Source: Adineta vaga (taxonomy: Eukaryota; Animalia; Rotifera). Taken from it: DNA of 64,000 nucleotides. Both the position numbers and the translations under genes were made by a program. The stretch is taken from positions 5,270,001 to 5,334,000 of the forward strand of contig CP075496.1 of NCBI GenBank assembly GCA_021613535.1. The letters are read 5' to 3'. The notes under the pieces are model-generated. The model saw only the letters and a program-made list of their open reading frames with translations, made no database searches and was not told where the DNA came from. Each line of letters begins with the position of its first letter. Positions within the stretch are counted from its first letter, which is position 1. Shown here in pieces: positions 13,519 to 27,826 of the stretch.

Positions 13519-16500
13519 AACATCACCAAAATAAGTCACGTTCTCCATATCCACCGACATTTGCTGTTCAACCCGATCAATTTCCTCCTCGTAATCAACA
13601 TATCGATTTTCCGATAAATACATCTCAGTCAACGAAACCACCAGGTTATCCACCGAGATCACGTGTTCATTTACAATTCGAAAATCCGGCTAATGTTTAA
13701 ATAATCAAAAAAAAGAAAGTTCTCTAGCTCAAGTAAATATCTTTTACTGCTAAGCTATTTTTCTATTCATTTCTGTTTATTAACCTTGATCAAATTTCTA
13801 TACGTGTGTTTTGGGATTGTGTCAGATATTCGATTAGTTTGCTTTTTTTCTATTGTTTATATTCTCTGCTCGTTTTCTTTCTTCGTCGCCTTTGTTTTGT
13901 CTCTCTACACCATCATGTAAAGTAACCAAAGAGAATAAAAAAAAACGAATGTACATGTTTATAATTATCACACATTTTTTTTCTGCTTTGAATAAAGAAT
14001 ATAACTTTAACATAAAAGAAACTGAATCAATATTATTAATTGATTCTCACCTCTAACAAAGTCAAGTTCGAGAATATGAAATTACTCATAACCTTGAATG
14101 TTTTTCATGTCATATAATCGAATATCGTATCGTTAGCAATTGTAAAAGTATATAAGAAATAATCATAAATAACAATATTCCTTTGACATTGAAAAATCTT
14201 GCATAGAACAAAAAAAGGCGAACGACCTCCCATTTATTCAATACTTTTCACCATGAGCTTGATGTCATGTTCCCTTCTTTTTTTGTATTCAATTCGTTTA
14301 CATATCTATTCGAATCTTGACAAGTGCTATTAACATAAACGGTAGGTAAAGAGAAAAAAAGCGGCTGATTATCATTTATATATAGGCGAGACATTCATTA
14401 TACATTACTTTTTGTTGATACTGATTTTTCTATATTCTTCTTTATTATCAAATATATATTTGTCTAGAGACTGAGTCTATATTTAAAAAAAAAGGAAGAA
14501 GATCTATATGAAGAAAATCAGGCATGCCTTGAAGATTGATTTGACACATACAATCTTTATCTGATTTTGTTGTCGCGTCAAATAGATCTGAGTAAATACT
14601 TCATACGTTCGTATTAACACGAACTGCAGCGTTGATATGACGGGTGAACTTGATTGAAAAACAGCAGTTTTTAATCCTTTCTTTTTCTTTTGTCTGAATG
14701 ACACGATAGCTTAATCGATGTAGAGTGTATATGTACATATGTGTATGTTAATCAATTCATCAAAATGAGATCATTGGTAAAAAGATATATCTATTCTTTC
14801 TTTTTTTATTTCTGTCTACATTATGAACGTGATGGACATTCTATTGTTGCATTAATTGAGCAGCCATCCGTTCAAACAATAGCCTATGATCAATGATTTG
14901 ATTTCTTTCTTTCCTTATTCTTCTTCTTTTTTTTTCAATAACATACAGCGTCCAGACAGACGATGTGTTGTCTGCATCATATGATAGATTTTGTAACAAG
15001 CACATACCTATATAAATATATATATATATATACACGTATGTATGGTAGATTATAGAGAAAATGTCATCGAAAGGCTTCGAGCTATTGGCATAAAACAATA
15101 CTTTTGTCAACGACCAATAGCCTTTACTTTGAATTATGAAATTTTTCTTGTTAAGTCCAATCAGTCAATAAACTAAATCTTTCAAAAGACAATCCAGGTT
15201 ATGTAATTGTGGGTATACATTTTCTATCTAGTAGTCAGCAATGTTGACCAGCTGTCTCTTTATTTATTTTGATTTTCAATACAAAGGTAACACAATCGAA
15301 GCTTAAAGTTTAGATTATTAAGTATATTTCTATTATTGTTTAAGGGTGTAGAAGAAAAATAGAAGGTAAGTTCTTAATTCCTTCAATAGATTAGTTCACA
15401 CATTACCGATTTCTTTTTCTTCTTAAAAGAAAATATATAAATATCATACTTCAATTCTTGTCAAAATATTTTTCGATTTTCAATTGACAATACTTATTTC
15501 TTATTATGAAAATAAATTTATCTAATATGCATGAACGACATCGATGTCATTTTAAAGCACTAATGAATGAAAATGTTGACACGCTATAGGTACATCATTA
15601 GATAATCAATTTCAATTACTCATGTATTCTATCATGAGAAGGCAGCTGTCTTTGTTCAAGTGAGTGTTGTTCTCTTTTCTATTAGATTTATTGCTTCGAT
15701 GAAACAGGGGAAAAAATGATTTTTTTTCTCCTAAATGATGATACGGAAAAGAAGTAGACGACGACGACGAAGACGAAGAGAAAAAGCAAACTAACAGTTT
15801 GTCGCCGGTACCATCGACAAAAGACGGCATCGATGTTTGGGTAAAAAAATGCATTATGTGAACGTGTGAAAGGATGTATTGTAATGGTAGCTGTAAACGT
15901 CCAGGAGAACAAACTCCGTGCACATATACACCATGTATTGACATACGTTTATTGTTCTCCATTTTTTTTTCTTTCTTTTTCTTCTTCTCTTCGTTGCTTT
16001 CTCGTTTTTCTTTTATTTTTTATACAACGGAAAAAATCGAAGTATTAAGAAATCAGATTTGGCGTTAGTTATCGAAGAAAATAACGACACAGTTTCAATG
16101 GTAATTGAATGTTGTTCTATTAAATCATTTGTAGGGTTTTTTTTATTTAGATTTCAAAGTCATTTAGATGGAGGGAATGATGACATTGTTATCGATTTTC
16201 TTTCAAATATTTATCAGTCTTTATTTAGTGTAATGTTTCACTGACTCGCAGACAACCTTGATACAACAAGTTGTCTGTTTTTAGTGTACTGCTTCTGCTG
16301 CCACTTGAGTAGATGTTTTTACCTTGATGAATAAGTATAGTTATGTTAATATTTTTTAGTAATAAAATGGAGTCTTTGAAAGTATTCGAAAAGGATATCT
16401 TAGAAATGAGAAGTGAATATAATTAAACAAAGTAGTCTCTTTATCCTTCTCTATGAATGGCGCGTTCATTATCTTTGAATCAATACATTTAGATGTAACT

Positions 16501-17356
16501 ATTGGACATCTTTTTTAGATAATACCTTTGTAAGTTTGTTTCTCTTCGATATATGTGTTTTCTTTCTTATTTTGTCGAAAATGGCGTTAATATAGAGTGA
16601 AATCAATAACGGGCGTATGTTTATTGAGATCTGAATTAATCAAATTTAATGAACATTTTATATAGAAGATACAAAAATTCTATCTCCTGTAAACATAAGG
16701 ATTAAAAGTTCATAGATCTATTTGTTTAAACCTTTTTTCTTCTTATCACTTTCTCATTAAGTATAGATAGAAACAATTATTACTTAAGTTTGTATTACTT
16801 TTAATGAATAATCTTTATGTCAATGAATGTTTTGTCATTCTTTTTTTCTTCTTCTTAGAGAACATTGATTTGGTAAGTATTTAAATCTATAAATCAAAAT
16901 CGACTTAAACTTTATTTTTAAACGGTCAAGGTTAAGGAATACAATTAAATAAACATCATTCTTTTTTTTTCTCATTCTCGCTCTCTTTCTCTCGTCTTTT
17001 TACTCAATGTATATGTGTATACAGCTCAATATAAAATAGTAATACCTGATTCGTTATTAAGTATTATCTAAGAAAGAGAACGAGTTTACTATAGACAATT
17101 TTTTCCACTCGTGCGCTTCTAATGAATAGTAAATACTAATGACTATGAGACACTGTGTTTTCCTTTCATTTTTGCTTCTTCTTTATCATTATCATGATCA
17201 GTCTTCTCTTTCGAAACTCTTGCACTTCTGAGGAAAGAAAAAGCTGACACTGAATATAGAAAAAAAAGGAAATTAAACGCATTTTCTTCCTCTTCTTTTG
17301 TAGACAAAAAAAACTTTTCATCTATCTTGTCATCATCCCGGTAAATACTATCAATA

Positions 17357-18627
17357 ATGTTAAATTCTTTACGAATTGTATCATCATCCATAATTATTTA
17401 TATATTTGTCTGTATTATTCTTTTATCTAAATCGGTTCAAAGTTATACAACAACAATAATTAATTTTGAATATTATACTTCCTCATCAAATTATCAAAAC
17501 CGAACGGAAGATGGTCGAACAAATGGAATTGTATCAACGAAAGGAAGTCAATCAAAAATTTCTTTGAATCAAGCGTTTGTATTATTAGATGGAAATGGAA
17601 ATTATGATGGATGTCAAGAATCTAATCGTCCTTTAAATTATTCAAATGGTATTGCAATTATTCAACGTGGTGGAAATTGTACATTTAGTGTTAAAATAAC
17701 ACGTGCAAAACAATATGGAGCAGCAGGTTAAACATTTACATGTTCAATGAATCGAAAATCTTTCTTTTTTTCTTTCTTTCTAGCTGTTATTATTTTTGAT
17801 CCACAAAATCCAGGTTTTGAAATGTATAATATGATTCAAAACAATTCCGATATATTATCCGTCTATGTTCAGAAATTAATTGGTTCATTTTTATTTAATT
17901 TAGCAAAAGATCCTCGTGCACAATTGAATCTAACATTACAACCAACAGATATGGACTATGATGATTATACTCATGAAAGTATTTGGTTTGGTTCTCAATC
18001 GGCAACGATATTTATTGCTGTATCAATTTGTATTCTTATATTATTATGTATATCCTGGTTAGTATTTTATTATTGTCAACGACATCGTGCACGTACAGCA
18101 AAAGATCGATTGCAAAATCGTTTATCAAATGCAGCAAAGAAAGCACTTACAAAAATACCTTTAGTTAATGTAACTGAAAATTCTCCAACAGAAGACTCAT
18201 GTGTTATATGTTTAGATACAATTAAAACAGGTGATACAGTACGGCAATTAGGTAAGCATATATAATATATACGACAAAAAGATATATTCGTTTTTCTTCT
18301 TCTTTAGTTTGTGGTCATTCATTTCATCAAAATTGTGTCGATCCTTGGTTACTCAATCATCGACATTGTCCATTATGTAATCTGGATATACTTGCTGCAT
18401 ATCGTATATCATTACCATCGACAACAAATCGTCGTCGTCAATCAACTATAAATAATCATACGAATTCGAACGTATCTCTAGCTATAACATCTGCATCACC
18501 GATTGTTGAACAACCAATGAATACAAATTTACCGAGTATATCAGCGACTATAAAAGATGGATTTTATGATGTTCGAATACATGGTGAACAGAATCCATCA
18601 TTTCGATCAGATGAAAATGTTTCATAA
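17357..18627 (+). CDS. PA-TM-RING-H2 E3 ubiquitin ligase (Goliath/RNF130/RNF150 family)
   Basis: Signal peptide, PA domain ([31 protein letters not shown]), TM ([22 protein letters not shown]), RING-H2 CVIC...[24 protein letters not shown]. Exons ~17357-17726, 17783-18251, 18307-18627. Confidence 0.92.
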
Positions 18628-20862
18628 ATGTACAATTTTGTTTGTGTTGCGTTTTATTTTTTTTAAATTTCATGACTATGTTGCTTTTTTTGGCGAAAAG
18701 AAAATAAATCAAAAGATCTTTGATGTTTTCTTTTTCATTCTAAATTTTTATATATATTTCGAAGAGATCTATCATCATCATCATCATCATCATCGTGACC
18801 TATTAAGTAAGACTTCAATAAGAAGAACATATAGAAAGTAATAAACTAAATCCTTATCAACAATTTAATCCTTTGTCATTTTCTCTTTCTTAATAATGAT
18901 GATAATGAAAAATATCATGACTTCGAACTTCTTATATTTCATGTTAAGAAAAGGAATATATCAAATGAATGCTTTTTCAAGGTTTGGTAACAGACTGTAC
19001 CAAGATTTAACGACGAAATAATCAGGATTAAAGAATTTTTCTGACATCTTTGACGTCATTTTTATTCAACTTAATAGTATTAAAATGTCAATTTTCTGAA
19101 CTTCGTCATTGTGCCTTCGAATAACCTTGAATTCTATGAAATTTAGACAAACTATTAATATTTGTTTCCATTTTGTTGTAGACAAGGTGAAGGAAACATA
19201 TATCGATCGTTTTTATATAACCAAAATAACGTTATGGTTGAATAATGAAGGATACAAGATTTCAATAGTAAGACATAATTTGTCTTTTTTCATTAAACAT
19301 CACCTGTCATACAAAGAAAAGGTCATATATATATATCAATCACAAACAGCCATTTGTAGGCGATATGGTTTAAACAGATTAAAACAAATATTATCGTTCG
19401 TCTTTATCAATAATGGCGATGATACTTTTCCAAAAATCTGCTATAACTTTTTTCTATTGTATTTGAATAGAATTAAAAACCTATTCATTTTGCAAGACTA
19501 TATCTTGTGAAGGTTAAATCAATGAATGAATAGAACAGGAAACGATCGAGAGTACATGAATAGATATTTTCCAATGAAATTAATTTGATTTTTTTTAGCA
19601 ATAATTTATCATCAAAATGATATTTGATTATCATATGACACATGTCGAAGTGTTGAGATCGACATGATCAAATATCTCTCGCCTAACGAAATATTCTCCA
19701 ATGAACTTTTTCTTTTCATACAACTCAAATATCTTTGGATCTTTTCTTTTAGAATATCTTAATATATATCTCAACTTTACGGTCAATAAAATACGTTCAT
19801 GATTTCATAGTTCATCATCACGAAAGATGACAAGTTGATAGTTAGTTCTTCTTTTCAAAATGATTTATATGTTCTTCTGAACGAATAAATACGATCTTTA
19901 ACCTTCATTCTCAAACTGTCGAAATATCGTATCAGAAAAATTGTATCTTACAAATATTTTTCTTTTCTGTTTTTTTTTATATATTATTTTTAAATTAATT
20001 TAGTGTTTATTTTGATTCTAACATATTTGTCCAGGTTAGAAAACGTACTCAACCGCGAGACATGTCAGTCATAGAAAATTATCAGTGAAAACGTTCTTTT
20101 TTTTATAATTATATTGCCAATTTTGATCAGATATAATCAAATTAGATTTTTTTCAAAAATATTATCGATGACCATTTTTTTTTATCGAAGATGAAAACTA
20201 GACAAGAAATTGTTGTACAAATTCGAATAATCAATCATTCATCGTTTAGTTCGATTAAGACAGTTTCAACATCTATGACATAAATGTTCATTAGCAAGTA
20301 TCACTCGTTGTGTATTGCAAAACGTAATATGTCGAGAGATGGACACATTTCTCTTGTCTTCTTCTTCTTCTAGTTGTCATAATATATGTAAAATGTACGC
20401 CTATCTATTTTCATTATGACGTGTCAGTGTACGATCAATTTATGACAGACTTGATGTGGCCAAAAAAGCAATCATTTGAGCAGAGAGCACGTTGCAAAAC
20501 CTCAAGTTACTCGTCCTATTTAATGATTTTTTTTCTACATGCTTATTATTATCAAAACGAGGAAAAAAAGAAGAATACAAATCAAGCGTGACTGTTGAAA
20601 TAAGAAGAAATAGAATATGTCCATACATTTCTTATTGACACTTTTGTTCTGTAGCATTGGTCAAAGTTGAAAGTAAGGAAGAAGTCTATAATTAAATATA
20701 GTTGTCGAGTACGACGACGTCGAGAACGCGAAAAGTAGAAAGTGAGAAATACACATATATCAAACATTGCTATCAAAGGTTACTTGATAGCTCTATTAGT
20801 TTTCCACACGGTTTTGTTAATATTCAACATTTCAGATCATTTGTTTAACAAATACATCGATT

Positions 20863-21819
20863 ATGAATCAATTAATAACATATAATAATCCGAATGATGG
20901 TGTCTCCTCTCGACGGTATACAGCTTTTCCACTTAATTCAACTTTAATAAGTACATATACATCAGATACAATTCGTAGTATTATTAATCATGCTATTACT
21001 GGAAAACCTTATAGTAAGTTGTTTCTTTCTTTTTCGCGAAAATCTTTATTCAACGATTGAACGAATGTGATCTTGTTTTGTTTTGTTTTGCTTTGCTTTC
21101 TCTTAGCAACAGCTGTTTGGATTCGCATTAGTCGAGTTGGTATCCAAATCAAAGCACAAGATCCTCAAATAGCTCGAACACGTATACCAGTTTTTATTCC
21201 TATTGCTCATGTTCATGATATTTTTATGCAACCAAACATTAATAATGTGATTTGTATTGTTTATGAAGAAGTCAAATCAAATATGAAAGGTGTTCTTCTT
21301 TATGTTGTTCATCCATCCGATGCGCATTTAATACGTGATGATTTTCGTCACGTTAAACAATTATCATATGGAAAAGGTATCGAAAATCAAATTATGGTTG
21401 AAGCGAAATCACCTGATAATAAGCAATTAGTATCACCAACGTCGCAAAAATCTAATGATATTTTTCGTAATAACAAAGCCAATCGACAACAATCACCCAA
21501 ACGAATTCTATATGTACGTGATAGTGATATTAATGCAACAAGAGAAAAGACACCATCATCAGCACCACCATTGCCACAACTTAGCTATACACCATTCAAT
21601 AACAGTTATCATAGTAGTCGAGATGAAAGTGCCAATTATAGACGTCATAAGAGTCCAAGAAAAAACAAGACAGAACAATCATCGAGTAAAACAGCAAGTG
21701 ATAGTGGAAGTAAACATCGACGTAAACATCGATCACGATCACCACAAAAAGCATCGAAACCAAAAGTAGCTGAGGATAATGTAAGTCAACAATCACCACC
21801 AGAACCACAGGCGGATCAA

Positions 21820-21851
<32 letters not shown>

Positions 21852-22669
21852 ACAGCAATTACAACAACAGCAGCAGCAACTACAGCAACAACAACAACAA
21901 CAACAATTACTTTTTCAGCAGCAACAAATTGCTGCTTGGCAAGCTGCTCAACAAGCACCTGTTGTTCCTATGGGAATTTATAATCGGTAATAAGCTTATT
22001 TAATATTTATTATAGTTTGTGTTATCTTCAAATTATTTCTCTTCTAGTTATGTACCTAAAGTAATACCATTACCCACGGGTGAAAAAATCAAAACGACTC
22101 TTTCACCATCGGATACGAATGGTATGATTGTTGCTCATATTGAACCTCAACAAGCTACGAATAGTGATTCATACAGTCATTCTCCAACACGTTCTCGTTC
22201 TGCTTCACCAAAACGTCCGGATCAACCTTATCGAAGTCGTCCATTAAGTGCAGAAAATGCTGAAGCATCTGCTATTCTTATTCAATCATCTCACCATCGT
22301 CATCATCATCACCATCGACGGCAACAGATGAATGGACAAAGTCATTCAGTTTCGAAACCCGAATCAAAACTTTATAATACAATATCTCATCCATCTCGTA
22401 TACGTTTAAAATATGGTCCACCAACGAATAACAATAATAATAATAATAATACGGAATCAGAAAGTGAAACCAAACAATATCTAAAACGACTAATTGATGA
22501 TATGCATGCGATGAAGGTAGAAATGAATAAAATGCGTTTGGCATCTTCATCAGTTGGGACTTCGCGTGGACGTTCAGATTCATTACGATTGAATTTAAAA
22601 GAATTACGCAGTGATATTGATGCTATTCGTGCTCGAATGGCAATGACACCACGAGTTTTTCAGCCATAA
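20863..22669 (+). CDS. Unidentified protein: N-terminal PTB/PH-like beta-rich region, RS/basic linker, polyQ, His-rich patch, C-terminal coiled coil
   Basis: Three exons (~20863-21013, 21107-21986, 22049-22669) with canonical splice sites and long open frames. The fold call rests only on sequence pattern (VWIRISRVGIQIK...IPIAHVHDIF...VICIVYEE...AHLIRDDF). Confidence 0.65.
21817..21906 (+). repeat. Coding CAA/CAG polyglutamine tract
   Basis: Mixed CAA/CAG codons giving ~28 Gln interrupted by two Leu. Confidence 0.9.
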
Positions 22670-22833
22670 ATTCTTTTCTCTTTTTGTCTCTTTTTTGTTT
22701 TTTATTTAAAAATTTTTACAATGTCTAAGGAAGAAGAAAGAAAGAATCATGCAAAAGTAGTCTCTTACAGATCTAAGGAATAGGCAACTAATAGGAAAGA
22801 AAACAATGTTTATGTATCGATTGATCAATTCAT

Positions 22834-23672
22834 TTATAGTTGAGTAATACCAGCCGCAAGAAGAACTGAAAGAACAAAAATCACTGCACTGATCTTTTCA
22901 AAGTTTTCAAATCCTTTTCCTGTATCCCATGCCTAGTGAAAAAGAAAACGAACCAAAGTTAACAATATATATATATATATATTCAAATATTCCATGAAAT
23001 CAATACGTACTAAATGACGAATACCATTTAATGAATGATATGAAATTCTGAAAAACAAATGTCAGAATAAATAAAATGAAGAATATAGAATCTACTTACG
23101 GCCATGCAATAAACATTTTTACAGCAAAAATAAACCAACTTGGAATATCCATTGTATAGATATAATTTAAAATTTCTTGGCTATGTCCAGTAGCAAGAAA
23201 TGCAAGTGGACCAGCAGTATAAAGCACTAATATATACAATAGTCTTTTGTTTATTAAGAAAAATAATTTCAGTATTCTTACTTCCATTTAACATCAGGCC
23301 TGAAATTCGATGAAAACCTGATGACCATACTTGAAATGGAAATCTGAGATGAAATAACACATTTTCTTATTCTTATTTTTATTATGAAATAGAAAGAGAA
23401 ATTAGAATTACCGATAGATTTGTATATGGGGTGACACTGGTCGTTTGTATTTGTTTTCATTGACTGCAACCCATTCAGAAGATTTAGTTCGATAGTTAGC
23501 TACTTCTGGTGTGACAGTGCTTGAAGTAGCTTTTTGTTGTCTAAATAGTTGAAATAAATTAGGAAAAAAGTCAATATTTAAAATATAAGATTTACGTGAT
23601 TGCCAAAGGACCAGGACGAGTTAATGCTCGTGAAAGTAACTGGCGATTGAGATGAAAGAGTGTAATAGACAT
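22834..23672 (-). CDS. SDHC: Succinate dehydrogenase cytochrome b560 subunit, mitochondrial
   Basis: Six small exons giving a transit-peptide-like N-terminus (MSITLFHLNRQLLSRALTRP), RPVSPHIQIY, GFHRISG, YHSLNGIRHL|AWDTGKG and three TM helices; stop at 22834-22836. Confidence 0.92.
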
Positions 23673-24498
23673 TATTTATCTAAACGAAAAACAAACTATT
23701 GATGATCATCGATTAATCGAAATAAATACAATGTAAATCACATATTGATCTTTTCTATGTTATTGAACAACTTATTACATATTATTATCTCTATTTGAGA
23801 AAAATCTACCTAACCTACTTAGGTACTTTCAAAAGTATCGCTAATGTCAATGAGTATTTCTAACATTGCATTGATAACTCGCTCATCTGTTCCTAATCTG
23901 AGCTGATTTACAAAACGTTATACCTCTGATTTTTCTCTTCTATTGAAACTTCTTTCTAAGATGTAAATTACAATCAAATCACTTTCATCCTTTAGAAATG
24001 TTTGGACTCGTTTTTTTCTTTATATAATTGTAATTGTAAATATATCAGTCAATAAAAACCTTTTTATTTATTGGTTCTTTATTAATCAATTCAATCTATA
24101 GATGTCACTGATTTTGTTTCTTTTAAAGATATGTTTAACAAATCTAATAAATAAATATTCAAATAATATTTTCTCGTCTAAATATATTTTTAAGTATAAG
24201 AAAATTATTTCTTTCAAATTATTTCTCTTTTTTGTAAACAAAGTTCAGCCAGTCATTCATATCTCTTTGATCGGTCAAAGTGATTGGTTTGTTTATTTTT
24301 TTTTGTTATCCGTGAAATTTCATCTTCATCTATATCTCATTTTCCTCTTCTCCTCTTTTTTATTTATTTCAGTGTATGGCTGTTCAGATTAAAACATTGT
24401 ATATTTCAATTGATATTCACAAGGTAAAATCCTGAGATTTCTTAAACAGTCGTCGTTCTTCTAATCCGAATGACATATTTAGGAATAATAAATACAAT

Positions 24499-25961
24499 AT
24501 GGAAATTGATCCTAATGCAACATTTTCGAACAATAATCAACGTCTTGATCCATCACGTTGTGTAGATTTAATTGTACTTGGAATCAATTATCGATCGAAT
24601 GAAGATGATGTCAGAAATTATTTTCAACAATTTGGAGAACTTGTCTTTTGTGAAGTAGGAAAGATTAGTTTTTTTCTTAAATTGATTTTTATATACTTTT
24701 TTATTTTGAAAGATAAAACGTGATGGTCAAGGACAATCACGTGGCTTTGGTTTTGTTCGTTTTAAAGATTATGAATCACAATTAAATGCATTAAATAAAC
24801 GTCATCATATTGATGGACGAACATGTGACTTGAAAATTCCTGATTCTAAGGTAGATTGAATTTAATTTTTGATTTAAAATATTCATTCATTTCTAGAATC
24901 CTGGTATGCATGAACCTGAATGTGCACGTAAAGTGTTTGTAGCACGTCTTCCAGGTAAGAAGAAAAAAGATCTTCATTGAATAATAAAAACTATGTCTAT
25001 TTTTTTTTCGATACATAGAAATTGTTACTGCTGATGATCTCAATCAATATTTCAAACGATTTGGGGAAGTAACTGATGTGTATATTCCTCGTCCATCAAG
25101 AAGTTTTGCTTTTGTTACTTTTCTCGAATCATCTATTGTTCCATCTCTGTATGGTGATCATTTCATCAATGGGTAAGAAATCAAATTTATAGATCACGTA
25201 ATTAATTCGATTGGTGTTTATTTTAGATGTAGTGTACATGTCGGACCGGCAGAACCAAAAGGAAAACCGAGTGACAGTCAGTTTAAACGTTCTAAACCAG
25301 GTATGTCTATCAAATGTGTACAATAGTACTTTTATCTTACTAATAGTTGTTAGTACCTACTAATGTCTTTGAGAAATTCCATATGAGCTTCACGTAAGTG
25401 ATTTCATCTCACTTACAAAATTTTGTCCTAGATTTCACTTTGGTAATAGATGATAAGGCATAGACTAGACTATCTCGTAGATAATGAAAAAGAAAGAACA
25501 TGTAAATTTTATTATAATATAATCTCATTTTAGATCGCAATTTTCATAATGTTCGCTCGATACCACCTACAAATCCGCATCACTATTCGTCGTATTCTCA
25601 ATATGGTGCAGGAAATAACATGATGCCTCCTGGTGGCAATACAGGTGGTGCTGCAGCATCTAATAATCCAGATCAACAACAACAACAATTACTGTTACAG
25701 CAAATGCTAAATCCAAATATGATGCAAGCGTTCCTTCAAGCCTTTCAACAGCAGCAACAACAACAACAACAGCAACAGCAGCAGCAGCAGCATCAACAAC
25801 AAGCAAACAAATACGATGCAAATAATTGGGCGACTGGTATTAATGAACAAGCAACGAATGCATATAGTCATCATCACTATCCCAATGGTCCATCTTCGGC
25901 TGGAAAATTTAATGAATTTAATAATGATCCATGGGGTCCACAACATCATACATATCGATGA
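24499..25961 (+). CDS. TARDBP: TAR DNA-binding protein 43 (TDP-43) homolog: two RRMs plus a Q/N/G-rich C-terminal region; N-terminal domain absent
   Basis: DLIVLGINY...SRGFGFVRFKDYESQ...RHHIDGRTCDLKIPDSK (RRM1); RKVFVARLPE...FGEVTDVYIPRPSRSFAFVTF...SVHVGPAEPK (RRM2); MLNPNMMQAFLQAFQ resembles the conserved C-terminal helix INPAMMAAAQAALQ. Confidence 0.9.
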
Positions 25962-25971
25962 GATTCTCCTA

Positions 25972-26250
25972 TGTGTATGTGTGCGTGTTTGTCTATCTCC
26001 CTCTCTCTCTCTTCTTTCTCGCTCTCGCTTTTCTTCTTCTCCTGTTCTTGCGATCTCATGTTTTTGAGTAGCTGCAATAATACTCGCGCGTGTGTACGTT
26101 TTCTTCATTTTTTTGCAGTGTGTGTATGTCGTTAGTCTAACGAAAAAAAAAGAATTTTGTGTTCTTGTGTTCGACATTTTCCCTTTCTTTTTAAAACGAT
26201 CTGTTGTGCATTTGTGTGTGCGTGCGTGTGCGTGTGTGTGTGGTGTTTGT
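25972..26250 (+). repeat. Clustered (TG)n/TGCG dinucleotide tracts in the TDP-43 3' region
   Basis: TGTGTATGTGTGCGTGTTTGT (~25972), GCGTGTGT (~26088), GTGTGTGTATGT (~26118), TGTGTGTGCGTGCGTGTGCGTGTGTGTGTGGTGTTTGT (~26213-26250). Confidence 0.85.
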
Positions 26251-26334
26251 TGCATAGACAATGTGATTTTCTTTTTTTTTGGTATGTTTATATGGGAAAG
26301 AAGAACATAATTGAATTGATCTTCTAGATATTAA

Positions 26335-27826
<1,492 letters not shown>

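Noticed and set aside
14100-16250. Short ORFs (e.g. 14841-15110, 15612-15962) and one plausible 63-nt minus-strand intron (14884-14946)
   Set aside because: No coherent multi-exon reading frame or recognisable domain could be assembled; may be lncRNA or regulatory DNA, but this is unsupported.
19109-19510. 133-aa ORF
   Set aside because: Non-ATG start, I/F/K/Y-rich composition typical of random AT-rich DNA, no motifs.
21455-22583. Overlapping and antisense ORFs (poly-Val/Ala, poly-Tyr) over the polyQ gene, and 25707-26261 over TDP-43
   Set aside because: Shadow frames of CAA/CAG and AAT repeats.
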